Shown in pieces: positions 32,258 to 41,132 of a stretch of DNA of 55,682 nt (its first letter is position 1; every line of letters starts with the position of its first letter). Where the stretch lies: the NCBI GenBank assembly GCA_030042035.1, contig JASIAN010000067.1:1-55682 (forward strand), written 5' to 3'. The position numbers were made by a program, and so were the translations under genes. Under the pieces are notes generated by a model. The model did no database searches and was not told the DNA's origin. It saw only the letters and a program-made list of their open reading frames with translations. This stretch comes from Alphaproteobacteria bacterium. GTDB taxonomy: Bacteria > Pseudomonadota > Alphaproteobacteria > ATCC43930 > CGMCC-115725.

Positions 32258-33829
32258 TCAGCCGCTGCGCGCCAGGTCTTGCTGGAGATATCGGGCCAAT
32301 CGGAGAGCGAGCACGACAATTGTAAAGGTCGGAAAGCCGCAGCCTCCCGTTGAAAAGCATGAGCTGCCGCCAATGTAGAGGTTGGCGATGCCGTGGACAC
32401 GGCAGTTGCGATCAACAACGCCGCGAGAGGGATCGTCCGCCATTCGCGTTGTCCCCATGTGATGGGAGCAACCGCCGAGTTCGGCCGGCTCGGTGGAATC
32501 CGGCTCGAGCCACGGTGGCAGCTTGAGCCGGCCGAGGCCCAGCCGTGCGATCTCGGCCGCGACCGTTAGGGCGAAGCGACGATAGGTATGGTGGTCAAGG
32601 TCGGTAAGGCGCCAATCGAGCATGGTCCGGCGCTGACCGAGTCTGTCCACCTCGTCCCCGAGCGTGATGCGGCTGTCCGGATTGGGCGCCTGCTCGAATT
32701 GGCCCTCGAATTCGATGTAATTGTTGGGGACGGCGTCCCCGTCCATCTCGCGCCGGTAGATTCCCCGAATGACGTCGTCAGCATCCAATACGATGCGCTC
32801 AATAAGCTCGGCAAAATTAGGGGGAATTGTCCGCGCGGCGAATGCCGCTTCGAGTTGGCGCACGGCGACGATCCCGTCAGGGATCGGCCCCGCCTCTCGG
32901 TCAACGAAGCGCGCTAAAGCCTGCAGCGTCTTTTCCCGCCTCTCGATCTGCGGCGCGAAATATAATGCTTGCGGCATCAGGTGCTTAGGGTCGCCCCCAT
33001 AGATGCGGCCACATGCCCCGCGCGGATGGTCCATGAAGAAGCGCCCGACCAAATCCCGCGTGTTGCCGAGCCCTTGCTTCACCACGCTGTTGGAGAGCAG
33101 GAGCAGCCGTGCATTCTCGATGCCGCCGCAGCAGAGCACGAAGGACCGGGCGTAGACCGTTCCGCGCTTGCCTTCGAGCGTGCCGAACGTTGCCTTCTCG
33201 ACCGCGCTCGCGTCCCGGTTCGCGTGAAGCTCCAGCAGATTGGCGTGAAGCAGAATCTTTACGTTGTCGGCCTGTTGAAGGGCCGCGCGATATGCTGTTC
33301 CGAAATTGATGGGGCTGAGCGCACCCGTATGATAGCGGAGTTTCGTTGGGTCCACCGCCAAAGGATCAGGCGGCTGCCGCCTGCCAAAGTCGGCGGCTGG
33401 CGCCTGGCACAGGGCGACGGCTCGCGCATAGTAGGGTTCGAGATCGGCCTGCCTGATCGGCCAACCGCTGAAGGGTACCCATGAACGAACGGCGAAATCG
33501 GTGTCGTCGAGCGGCACGCAGCCGTGCCCCCAGTGATTCGTCGAGCCGCCGAAAAAGCGCACGCGCGAAAATACCAATTCAGGAATAATCTGTTCGCCGC
33601 CGCTTTCGCGCGTGTCGGCGTCGTACCAGGGCCGTCCCCTGGTTTGTCCGCCGTACAGGTCCTGCGTAGCGGGCTCGTATTCGAGGCCGCCGCTCTCGAG
33701 AAGACATACGGCGAGCGGCGTCTTCGCCAGCGTCGTCGCAATCGTAATGCCGGCCGCGCCCGCCCCGATAACGCAGACATCGGCTTTGAGCGAGAGACCA
33801 TCCTCAAGCTTACGAAAATCCGCAAACAT
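32258..33829 (-). CDS. GMC-family FAD-dependent oxidoreductase (large subunit)
   Basis: The N-terminal ADVCVIGAGAAGITIA...LLESGG FAD fold, GGSTNHW, and the C-terminal GMC_oxred_C signature HHMGTTRM...NLYIGGSSCFSTGG. Confidence 0.9.
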   Translation of the reverse strand: MFADFRKLEDGLSLKADVCVIGAGAAGITIATTLAKTPLAVCLLESGGLEYEPATQDLYGGQTRGRPWYDADTRESGGEQIIPELVFSRVRFFGGSTNHWGHGCVPLDDTDFAVRSWVPFSGWPIRQADLEPYYARAVALCQAPAADFGRRQPPDPLAVDPTKLRYHTGALSPINFGTAYRAALQQADNVKILLHANLLELHANRDASAVEKATFGTLEGKRGTVYARSFVLCCGGIENARLLLLSNSVVKQGLGNTRDLVGRFFMDHPRGACGRIYGGDPKHLMPQALYFAPQIERREKTLQALARFVDREAGPIPDGIVAVRQLEAAFAARTIPPNFAELIERIVLDADDVIRGIYRREMDGDAVPNNYIEFEGQFEQAPNPDSRITLGDEVDRLGQRRTMLDWRLTDLDHHTYRRFALTVAAEIARLGLGRLKLPPWLEPDSTEPAELGGCSHHMGTTRMADDPSRGVVDRNCRVHGIANLYIGGSSCFSTGGCGFPTFTIVVLALRLARYLQQDLARSG

Positions 33830-33835
33830 CGGAGA

Positions 33836-34213
33836 TCACGCGACGGAAACGAACGCGCATGCTTCTGCCTCTGTTCGCGCCAAGACCCAGCCTTTGATCA
33901 CCACGACGCGACCGGCAGCGAAGTCCTCCTTCCGCAACGCGTCGATCCGCGCACGGAGGGCGCTGCCCTCAAGCCCATCGAGGCGAGCCAACAGACGCGT
34001 CGCAGCGCCGGCATGGCGCGCCCGGAAAATTCGCCCAAATTCCTGCAGGCCGGCATGTGCGCCGAACAAGCGATGCAGCGCGGCCGTGGTCGACTCCGCG
34101 GTAACCTGCGCCCTCGCAGCCGCAAACCCTGCCGCCGCAACAGCGGATACAAGAACGGTGCGACGCCGGAGATTGGCTGGCTGATCAGCATTCATAAACC
34201 CGATATTCCTCAT
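33836..34213 (-). CDS. TAT-signal small subunit of a GMC/sugar dehydrogenase complex (gluconate 2-dehydrogenase subunit 3-like)
   Basis: Twin-arginine leader NLRRRTVLVSAVAAAGFAAARA. The stop lies 6 nt before the GMC start. Size and position are typical of these small subunits. Confidence 0.65.
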   Translation of the reverse strand: MRNIGFMNADQPANLRRRTVLVSAVAAAGFAAARAQVTAESTTAALHRLFGAHAGLQEFGRIFRARHAGAATRLLARLDGLEGSALRARIDALRKEDFAAGRVVVIKGWVLARTEAEACAFVSVA

Positions 34214-34342
34214 ATCACCGTGTCATTGCAGATTTTGGTCATATTCGGCCTCCAGCACAATGAGATCGATCCCCGGCGCTCGGTGATCGGGCGACGCCGC
34301 GAGAGGCGGCGCAGATTGATCGGTCGCGACATCTGCCCTCCC

Positions 34343-34722
34343 TGACGGCTGCGCCGGCTCGCCTTTCGCTTGGACACGCCTGGCAGATGCTGTTGCGAGA
34401 GGTTCGACGTTGCACGCCGCAATCCATCCGCGGCTATCGAACTGAGGCGGGACTGCGCCACCCGGTCGGCAGCGTCACCGCCGCGGCGATCTGGCGCTGC
34501 GGAACGCCGGGCGAGGCCCGATTCGCGGCCGCAAAGATCGTCGTCGGCTCCGGCTGGAAAAAAGCCGCATGACGGCGGCAGCCGACGCGCCGATCGACGT
34601 TATCGGCACCGGCTGCTACCTGCCGGAATTGTGGAGCGAGCTGCGCCGCGGCCGACATGATCGCCTATGACGCGCAGCCGATCGTCAAGGCCGGCCGCAA
34701 ATACCTGCGGCGCGGCAAGCGG
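34343..34722 (+). pseudogene. Decayed duplicate of the 3' end of the nicotinate-PRTase-like gene
   Basis: It aligns by eye with 31773-32196 (for example GCTCGCCTTTCGCTTGGACACGCC, CCGCGGCTATCGAAC, GTCACCGCCGCGGCGATCTGGCGC, CGACGCGCCGATCGACGT, CTACCTGCCGGAATT, GTCAAGGCCGGCCGC). It carries several indels that are not multiples of three. Confidence 0.8.
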
Positions 34723-35007
34723 TGGCCGCCGCCCGCCGCGGCCTTCCGGCAGCGTCGCTTTTTCCGTGACATTCTGCCGCAGCTTAATCTAGATTTTAAA
34801 TCCAGGTCGCAGCTGCGGCCGGAAATGCGAGTGACCCGGCCGCCGCCGGACCCGATTGGAACAGGTACAACACGTCAACCGGCGGCGCCGCTGCCGAGCA
34901 AGCGAGGCGTAGGGAGCGCTGCGATCCGGACACCTTCTGCGTGGCGGCAACTTCGTCCGCGCCCGATCGGTCTCCGCGCCGCTGGTTGCAAAGCTATTGG
35001 GGAGAAA

Positions 35008-36414
35008 ATGACCGTCGCAACATCGCCCGCCCCGTCGGGATCGCCGGCCAGCCGCGCGCTTGGGCAAAAGCTCGACAGCATTCCGTTCAGCGGCTACCAC
35101 ATCCTGATCATCTTCGTGCTCGCCCTCGTCGGCTTCATCGAAGGCTATGACCTGGTGCTGACCGGTTCGCTGTTGGTGCTGGCCAAGACCCCGCTGCATC
35201 TCGTCGGGTCCGACTTCCGATGGCTCATCACCGGCACCGTGCTGATGACCTGCGTCGGCGGCTTCGCCGCCTCGGCGATTTCCGACCATTTCAGCCGCAA
35301 GGCCATCATGCTGATTGGCGTCGTTTTGACGACGCTCTTCACGTTGCTGGTCCCGCTGGTGCAAAGCGCCGATCAGCTCATCGCGGTGCGCCTGTTGACC
35401 GGCATCGGCATCGGCGCCGCCGCTTCGGCAGCCTTCCCGATTGCCGCCGAACTGATGCCGGCGCAGCACCGCCGCACGTACGGCGCGATCTATGAGATGG
35501 CGCTGGCCGCCTCCTTTACCGTGGTGCCGTTCATCGGCGGCCTGCTCGCCGGCAACGCCAACGCCTTCCGGTTTCTGGCATTGCCCGGCGGCCTTTCGAT
35601 CGCCGTCGTGCCGGTGCTGATCTATTTCGTGCTCCCGGGAAGCCCGCGCTGGTACCTGCGCAAGGGCCGAGTGCAGGAAGCGGTCGATGTCGTCAACCGC
35701 ATCATCGCCCGGTGCGGCAACCGCGTGGCTCCGCTCTCGGTGGCGCAACTCGGCGACCTCCACGAAGCCAGCGAGAAGCTGCCGCCGTACTGGGCGTTGT
35801 TCGCCAAGGGCCAGTTGCGCTGGACGACAGTCGGCATCCTGTCCGGGATTTGCGCTGGGACCGCCTATTTCCTGATTTCCACGCTGTTGCCCAAGGCGCT
35901 GAACGATCAGGGCTTCGCCGTCAGCGCGAGTCTGGGGTTGACCTCGATCGTCTACGCAGCGAGCTTCTTCGGCAAGGGGTTTACCGGATTCCTGATGGAG
36001 ATTATCGGCCGGCGCTGGACGATCGCCTATGCGCTCCTCGGATCGCTGCCGGGCCTCGCGCTGATGCTGCTGGCACATCGCGCCGGGCCTTACTCGGGCG
36101 TGGTGATGGTGGCGGGCGGGCTGATCATCGGTTTTACCGTGCTGTCGGCCTTCACCGCGACGCGCGTCTACCTCTCCGAGCAGTTCCCGACAGCGCTGCG
36201 AGGCCGCGGTCATATTTTCGGCGAGTCGTTCGGCCGGCTGTTCGCCGGCGGGCTGATGCCGTTTCTGATGGAGCCGCATACCGGGTCGGCGACGATCTTC
36301 TTCGGCACGATCTTCGTCGTCGTCGCGATCGGTGCCTTCATCCCGATCCTGTTCGGTAAGGAAACCGTCGGCCAGCTCGAGGTCGTCGCCGAGACCGTCC
36401 CCGAGTTTGCTTGA
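35008..36414 (+). CDS. MFS transporter (paralog 1)
   Basis: 12-TM MFS pattern with GQKLDSIPFSGYHILII..GYDLV. GGGGAGAA RBS before the ATG at 35008. The upstream part of the track ORF (34657-35007) is the PRTase relic. Confidence 0.88.
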   Translation: MTVATSPAPSGSPASRALGQKLDSIPFSGYHILIIFVLALVGFIEGYDLVLTGSLLVLAKTPLHLVGSDFRWLITGTVLMTCVGGFAASAISDHFSRKAIMLIGVVLTTLFTLLVPLVQSADQLIAVRLLTGIGIGAAASAAFPIAAELMPAQHRRTYGAIYEMALAASFTVVPFIGGLLAGNANAFRFLALPGGLSIAVVPVLIYFVLPGSPRWYLRKGRVQEAVDVVNRIIARCGNRVAPLSVAQLGDLHEASEKLPPYWALFAKGQLRWTTVGILSGICAGTAYFLISTLLPKALNDQGFAVSASLGLTSIVYAASFFGKGFTGFLMEIIGRRWTIAYALLGSLPGLALMLLAHRAGPYSGVVMVAGGLIIGFTVLSAFTATRVYLSEQFPTALRGRGHIFGESFGRLFAGGLMPFLMEPHTGSATIFFGTIFVVVAIGAFIPILFGKETVGQLEVVAETVPEFA

Positions 36415-36495
36415 CGGGCTGGGTCCGCGGCGGTTGAACTGCCAGTCTGTGCCCGCCATTTAGCGACGTAATTAAATTCAGAACAGGGGTGTGTC

Positions 36496-37905
36496 GTGTC
36501 TGCAGAAACCGTCGTCGCCGGCCGTGCGATGCCGCCGAGCCGCTTGCTCGGGCAGAAGCTCGACAGCATCCCGTTCAGCCCCTACCACGTCATGATCATC
36601 GTTGTGCTGGGGCTGGTCGGGTTTGTCGATGGCTACGATCTGGTCATGACGGGCTCGCTGCTGGTGCTTGCGAAAGTGCCGTTGCACATGACGCCGATCC
36701 AGATCCGCTATCTCGCGATCGCCTCGACCGGCATGATCTGCGTCGGCGGCTTTGCCGCCTCGGCGATCTCCGACCATTTCAGCCGCAAGACGATCATGCT
36801 GATCGGCGTCGCGGCTATCACGTTCTGTACATTGCTGATCCCGCTCGTGCGGACCGCCGACGAGCTGATCCTGCTGCGCCTCGTGACCGGTTTCGGCGGC
36901 GGTTTTGCGGTCTCGGCACCGTTTCCGATCGCCGCCGAACTAATGCCAGCACAGCACCGCCGCACGTTTGGCGGCGTTTATGAGGTGGCGTTGGCGCTGT
37001 CGTTTACCGTATTGCCGCTCGTCGCTGGGGTGCTCTCCGGCAACTCGAACGCGTTCCGCCTGATGGCGCTACCCGGCGGGCTAGCATTTTTCATTATCCC
37101 GCCGTTGATTTATTTCGCGATCCCCGAAAGCCCGCGCTGGTATCTGCGGCACGGTCGCTGGCAGGACGCGATCGACACGGTCAACCGGATCGTCCAGCGC
37201 GCCGGCAACCGGGTCGCGGAACTGACGCCGGCGGCGTTCGGCGACACACTAGAGACGGCGGTCGAAAAGCTGCCGCCCTATTGGGCATTGCTTGGACGCG
37301 GCCAGCTGCGCTGGACGCTGATCGGAATCTCCAGCTACGTTTTCGCCGGTACGACGTTCTTCCTGACCTCGGTGCTGCTGCCGAAGGCTCTGGTCGATCA
37401 GGGCGCCGCTGTGGCGCTGAGCTTTGGTGTCGCCTCGCTGGCATTCGGCGCCAGCATCCCCGGTAAGGCCTTCACGGGGTTTCTGATGGAGATCATCGGT
37501 CGCCGCTGGACGATCTTCTATGCGCTGGTCGGCGGCTTACCGGGCCTCTGCCTGATGCTGCTGGCGCATCGGGCGGGCGGCTATGCCGCCACGGTCATGG
37601 TGATCGGCGCGCTGATCACCGGCTTTACCGCGTTGTCGGCCGCAACGTCGTTCCGAATCTATCTCGCCGAGCAGTTCCCGACGGCATTGCGCGGCCGCGG
37701 GCACATTTTCGGCGAGTCGGTCGGGCGGATTTTCTCCGGCGTCTTGGCGCCGTTTCTGATGGCGCCGTTCACCGGCGCGCCGACCATCTTTTTCGGCACG
37801 ATGCTGGTCGTCGCCTCAATCGGCGCCTTTGTTCCAGTCGTGTTCGGCCGCGAGACGGTCGGCCAGCTCGAAGTCGTTACCGAGAGCGTTCCCGAACTGG
37901 CGTGA
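36496..37905 (+). CDS. MFS transporter (paralog 2, tandem duplicate)
   Basis: Colinear with the 35008-36414 product over its full length, roughly two-thirds identical by eye. GTG start. Confidence 0.88.
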   Translation: MSAETVVAGRAMPPSRLLGQKLDSIPFSPYHVMIIVVLGLVGFVDGYDLVMTGSLLVLAKVPLHMTPIQIRYLAIASTGMICVGGFAASAISDHFSRKTIMLIGVAAITFCTLLIPLVRTADELILLRLVTGFGGGFAVSAPFPIAAELMPAQHRRTFGGVYEVALALSFTVLPLVAGVLSGNSNAFRLMALPGGLAFFIIPPLIYFAIPESPRWYLRHGRWQDAIDTVNRIVQRAGNRVAELTPAAFGDTLETAVEKLPPYWALLGRGQLRWTLIGISSYVFAGTTFFLTSVLLPKALVDQGAAVALSFGVASLAFGASIPGKAFTGFLMEIIGRRWTIFYALVGGLPGLCLMLLAHRAGGYAATVMVIGALITGFTALSAATSFRIYLAEQFPTALRGRGHIFGESVGRIFSGVLAPFLMAPFTGAPTIFFGTMLVVASIGAFVPVVFGRETVGQLEVVTESVPELA

Positions 37906-37962
37906 AGCGCATAACATCGCCGGGACGCGCCGATGCGCAGCCTCAATTGCGATGGTGATGCG

Positions 37963-39063
37963 ATGAAAATCTCCCGGACCCAGACGCTGACGGTCGAATT
38001 GCCGGCCGATGAGCCGCTCGCCGGCGCTGCCGAGAACCCGCAGGGCAAGCGGCCGATCGTCACGCTCAAAGTATCAACCGACGCCGGCATCGAGGGGCTC
38101 GGGGTTGCCTATTTTGGCGGCGCGCTGACCCGCACGCTGGCGCACGCGATCGACGAATTGGGCGCGCTCGTCGTCGGCGAAGACCCGCTGCTTGTCGAGG
38201 CGGTGCAGGCAAAGCTGAAGGCGGCGGCGGGCGGCTCGGCCGGTCCCGGCGGCATCTATCACCTGGCGTTGTCGGCGATCGACATAGCGCTGTGGGACAT
38301 CCGCGCCAAGGCAGCGGGACTGCCGCTGTGGAAACTCTTGGGCGGCGCGCGCGACCGCGTGCCGACCTATGCGAGCGGAGCGCTGATGCGCGGCCTGTCA
38401 TTGGACCGCGTCGTGCGGGCTGCAGCGACGCTCAAAGAACGCGGCTGGCGCGAGATGAAGACGCAGCTGGCATTGCCCGGCGAGACGACGCCGGCCAAGG
38501 AAGTCGAGCGCATGGTTAAAATCCGCGAGGCGATCGGCCCCGACATCAAATTGATGTGCGACATCAACCAGCGCTGGCGGCCCGAGCAGGCGATCGATAT
38601 CGGCCGCCGCGTCGAGGACGCCGGGGTCGGATTGTTCTGGCTCGAAGACGTGACGACGGCCGACGATTTTCCCGGCCTCGCGCGCATCGCCGATGCGCTC
38701 CGGACGCCGGTGGCGGGCGGCGAATATGTCTGGGGCATCGTGCCGTTCCGCCACATGATGGAACAGTGTTCGGTCGATATTCCGATGATCGATCTCGTGC
38801 GGGTCGGCGGCATCACGCAATGGCTGAAGGTCGCCGGCATGGCGGAGGCCTTCAACCTGCCGGTCGTCAGCCACCTCATTCCCGAAGTCCACGTGCACCT
38901 GATCGGCGCCGTGCCCAACGGGCTGACGGTCGAATACATGCCGTGGTTCAACGTGCTCTTCAAGGAAGTGCCGACGCAGCAGAACGGCGAACTCGTCATG
39001 CCGACGGCTCCCGGTTTGGGCCTCGAATTCGACGACAAGACCCTCGCCCGCTACAAGGCGTAG
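37963..39063 (+). CDS. Enolase-superfamily enzyme, mandelate racemase subgroup (probable acid-sugar dehydratase), paralog 1
   Basis: Metal ligands in MCDINQRW, FWLEDV and AGGEY. Asp-His dyad in PMIDLVR / VVSH. The start is at MKISRTQ. Confidence 0.88.
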   Translation: MKISRTQTLTVELPADEPLAGAAENPQGKRPIVTLKVSTDAGIEGLGVAYFGGALTRTLAHAIDELGALVVGEDPLLVEAVQAKLKAAAGGSAGPGGIYHLALSAIDIALWDIRAKAAGLPLWKLLGGARDRVPTYASGALMRGLSLDRVVRAAATLKERGWREMKTQLALPGETTPAKEVERMVKIREAIGPDIKLMCDINQRWRPEQAIDIGRRVEDAGVGLFWLEDVTTADDFPGLARIADALRTPVAGGEYVWGIVPFRHMMEQCSVDIPMIDLVRVGGITQWLKVAGMAEAFNLPVVSHLIPEVHVHLIGAVPNGLTVEYMPWFNVLFKEVPTQQNGELVMPTAPGLGLEFDDKTLARYKA

Positions 39064-39072
39064 TTTTCAGTT

Positions 39073-39141
39073 GTCATTGCGAGCGAAGCGAAGCGATCCC
39101 GCTCAGCCGGTACGGGATTGCTTCGCTTCGCTCGCAATGAC
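39073..39141. repeat. Palindromic intergenic repeat (REP/MITE-like hairpin, 'cattgcgagcgaagcgaagc' family)
   Basis: 29-nt arms GTCATTGCGAGCGAAGCGAAGCGATCCCG (39073-39101) and CGGGATTGCTTCGCTTCGCTCGCAATGAC (39113-39141) with an 11-nt loop. There is one G:U position. Confidence 0.85.
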
Positions 39142-39162
39142 CCGGAATATGAGGGGATTGCC

Positions 39163-40260
39163 ATGAAAATCGCCGCGCTCGAAACCGGTATCGTGCTGCT
39201 GCCAAACGACGAGCCGCTCGCCGGCTTCTCGGAAAACCCGCACGGCAAAAACCCGATCGTCTGGTTGAAGCTGCGCACCGGTGACGGCATCGAGGGCCTC
39301 GGCGTCACCTATTTCGGCGGCGCGCTGACCCGCGTGCTGCGGCGGGCGGTCGATGATCTCGGCGCGCTCGTCGTCGGCGACGATCCGCTGCGTCCGGAGG
39401 CTGTCGCGCAGAAACTGCGCGACGCGGCGCTGCAAGCGGGGCCGGGCGGCATCCTGACGATGGCGATGTCGGCGATCGATGTTGCGCTGTGGGATGTGAA
39501 AGGCAAGGCCCTCGGCCTGCCGTTATGGAAGCTCCTGGGCGGCGGGCGCGACCGTGTGCGCACCTACGCGAGCGGCGCCTTGCGCCGCGGTCTGAAGCTC
39601 GAAGAAGCGGTCACCGCCGCCGGCCGGCTGCGCGACAAGGGCTACAGGCAGGCCAAGATGCAATTGGGCCTGCCCGGCCATACGACGCCGGCGCGCGAGG
39701 TCGAGCAGGCGCGGCTCATCCGCGAGGCGACGGGCCCAGACATGGATTTGATGTGCGACATCAACCAGCGCTGGCGGCCGGAGCAGGCGATCGACATCGG
39801 CCGCCGCGTCGAGGATGCCGGGGTCGGCCTCTTCTGGCTCGAAGATGTGACAACGGCGGACGATTACGCCGGCCTCGCGCGCGTCGCCGATGCGCTCCGG
39901 ACGCCGGTCGCCGGCGGCGAGTACCTGTGGGGCATCGTGCCGTTCTGCCACATGATGGAGCAGCGCTCGGTCGACATTCCGATGATCGACCAGGTGCGCT
40001 GCGGCGGCATCACGCAATGGCTGAAGATCGCCGGCATGGCGGAAGCCTTCAACCTGCCGGTCGTCGGCCACGGCGTCCCGGAAATCCATGTGCATCTCGT
40101 CGGCGCGGTGGCGAACGGCCTCACCGTCGAATACATGCCGCGCCTCTTCCCGCTGTGGCGCAGCGTGCCCGAGCCGGTGGCGGGCGACTTGTTGATGCCG
40201 TCGGCGCCCGGCCTCGGCCTCGAATTCGACGAGGCGGCAATCGCCCGCTACCGCGCCTGA
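39163..40260 (+). CDS. Enolase-superfamily enzyme, mandelate racemase subgroup, paralog 2 (tandem duplicate)
   Basis: Same motif set as paralog 1 (MCDINQRW, FWLEDV, AGGEY, PMIDQVR, VVGH). The start is at MKIAALE. The track ORF start at 39118 lies inside the palindromic repeat. Confidence 0.88.
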   Translation: MKIAALETGIVLLPNDEPLAGFSENPHGKNPIVWLKLRTGDGIEGLGVTYFGGALTRVLRRAVDDLGALVVGDDPLRPEAVAQKLRDAALQAGPGGILTMAMSAIDVALWDVKGKALGLPLWKLLGGGRDRVRTYASGALRRGLKLEEAVTAAGRLRDKGYRQAKMQLGLPGHTTPAREVEQARLIREATGPDMDLMCDINQRWRPEQAIDIGRRVEDAGVGLFWLEDVTTADDYAGLARVADALRTPVAGGEYLWGIVPFCHMMEQRSVDIPMIDQVRCGGITQWLKIAGMAEAFNLPVVGHGVPEIHVHLVGAVANGLTVEYMPRLFPLWRSVPEPVAGDLLMPSAPGLGLEFDEAAIARYRA

Positions 40261-40263
40261 CGC

Positions 40264-41091
40264 ATGCCGCTGCCCTTTCCACAGCGGTTTCGCGCGCTGG
40301 CGAGGGAGCGCTCGCCGCTCTGCGTCGGCGTCGATCCGTCGGCCGAGAGCCTCAAGGCGTGGGGGCTGAGCGACGATGTTAGCGGCCTGCGCGCGTTCTG
40401 CGAGCGCCTTGTCGCGGTCGCGGCGCCGCTCGTCGCGGTCATGAAGCCGCAGGCGGCGTTCTTCGAGCGCCACGGGCCGGAGGGGATGGCGGTGCTGCGC
40501 GACACGGTCGCCGCGATCCAGCGCCGCGGCACGCTCGCGCTCATCGACGTCAAAAGCGGCGACATCGGCTCGACCGTCATCGCCTATGGTGACGCCTATC
40601 TCGGGCCCAACAGCGCTTATCGCGGCGACGCGATGACGGTAAGCCCCTATCTCGGCCTCGCCGCGCTGGGGCCGATCTTCGACCGCGCCCGCAGCGCCGG
40701 CGGCGGTGTTTTCGTCGTCGTGCGCTCGTCGAACCCGGAAGGCGGCGCCTTGCAGCGAGCGATGATGGCCGACGGGCGCTCTGTCGCCGAGCAGCTGGCC
40801 GACGACATCGCTGCAGCTAATGGGAGCGAGATCGGCCCGATCGGCGCTGTCGTCGGCGCAACGCTCGGGGCGGAAGCCGGCGCGCTCGCGGCCCGCATGC
40901 CGAATGCGCTCTTACTCGTGCCGGGGATCGGCGCGCAGGGCGCAACGATTGCCGATGTGCGGCGCGATTTCGGGCCGCACTACGCGCGTGTGATCCCGTC
41001 CGTCTCGCGCGGCATCGCCCGCGCCGGGCCCGATCCCGCGGCGCTGCGCAAGGCGGTCGAGCACCTCGCCGAACCGCTCGCCGCGACGTAG
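40264..41091 (+). CDS. pyrF: Orotidine-5'-phosphate decarboxylase, type 2
   Basis: LCVGVDP..., VMKPQAAFFE, LIDVKSGDIGST, VVVRSSNPEG and LVPGIGAQG form the long-form PyrF pattern. Confidence 0.9.
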   Translation: MPLPFPQRFRALARERSPLCVGVDPSAESLKAWGLSDDVSGLRAFCERLVAVAAPLVAVMKPQAAFFERHGPEGMAVLRDTVAAIQRRGTLALIDVKSGDIGSTVIAYGDAYLGPNSAYRGDAMTVSPYLGLAALGPIFDRARSAGGGVFVVVRSSNPEGGALQRAMMADGRSVAEQLADDIAAANGSEIGPIGAVVGATLGAEAGALAARMPNALLLVPGIGAQGATIADVRRDFGPHYARVIPSVSRGIARAGPDPAALRKAVEHLAEPLAAT

Positions 41092-41132
41092 CGCACTCCC
41101 GCCGCAAGCTCCCGCACCAAGGCAGGGCGCGC

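Noticed and set aside
34782-34797. TTAATCTAGATTTTAA upstream of the first MFS gene as a third CtrA box
   Set aside because: The spacing between the TTAA half-sites is 8 nt, not 7, so it does not fit the CtrA consensus.
34657-35007. 117-codon N-terminal extension of the first MFS ORF (MIAYDAQPIVKAGRKYLRRGKR...)
   Set aside because: It is the in-frame tail of the decayed PRTase-gene duplicate plus spacer. The real MFS start is the ATG at 35008, with a GGGGAGAA RBS, and it aligns with the N-terminus of the paralog.
34789-36459. 556-aa minus-strand ORF
   Set aside because: It is antisense to the first MFS transporter gene. The translation is charged and Arg-rich, whereas the plus frame gives a clean 12-TM protein with an RBS.
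38554-40071. Gene conversion between the MR paralog cores
   Set aside because: The core is about 89% identical, but by my count most of its roughly 34 differences are synonymous. Stronger purifying selection on the barrel explains the pattern without invoking conversion. It is left as a test to run rather than a claim.
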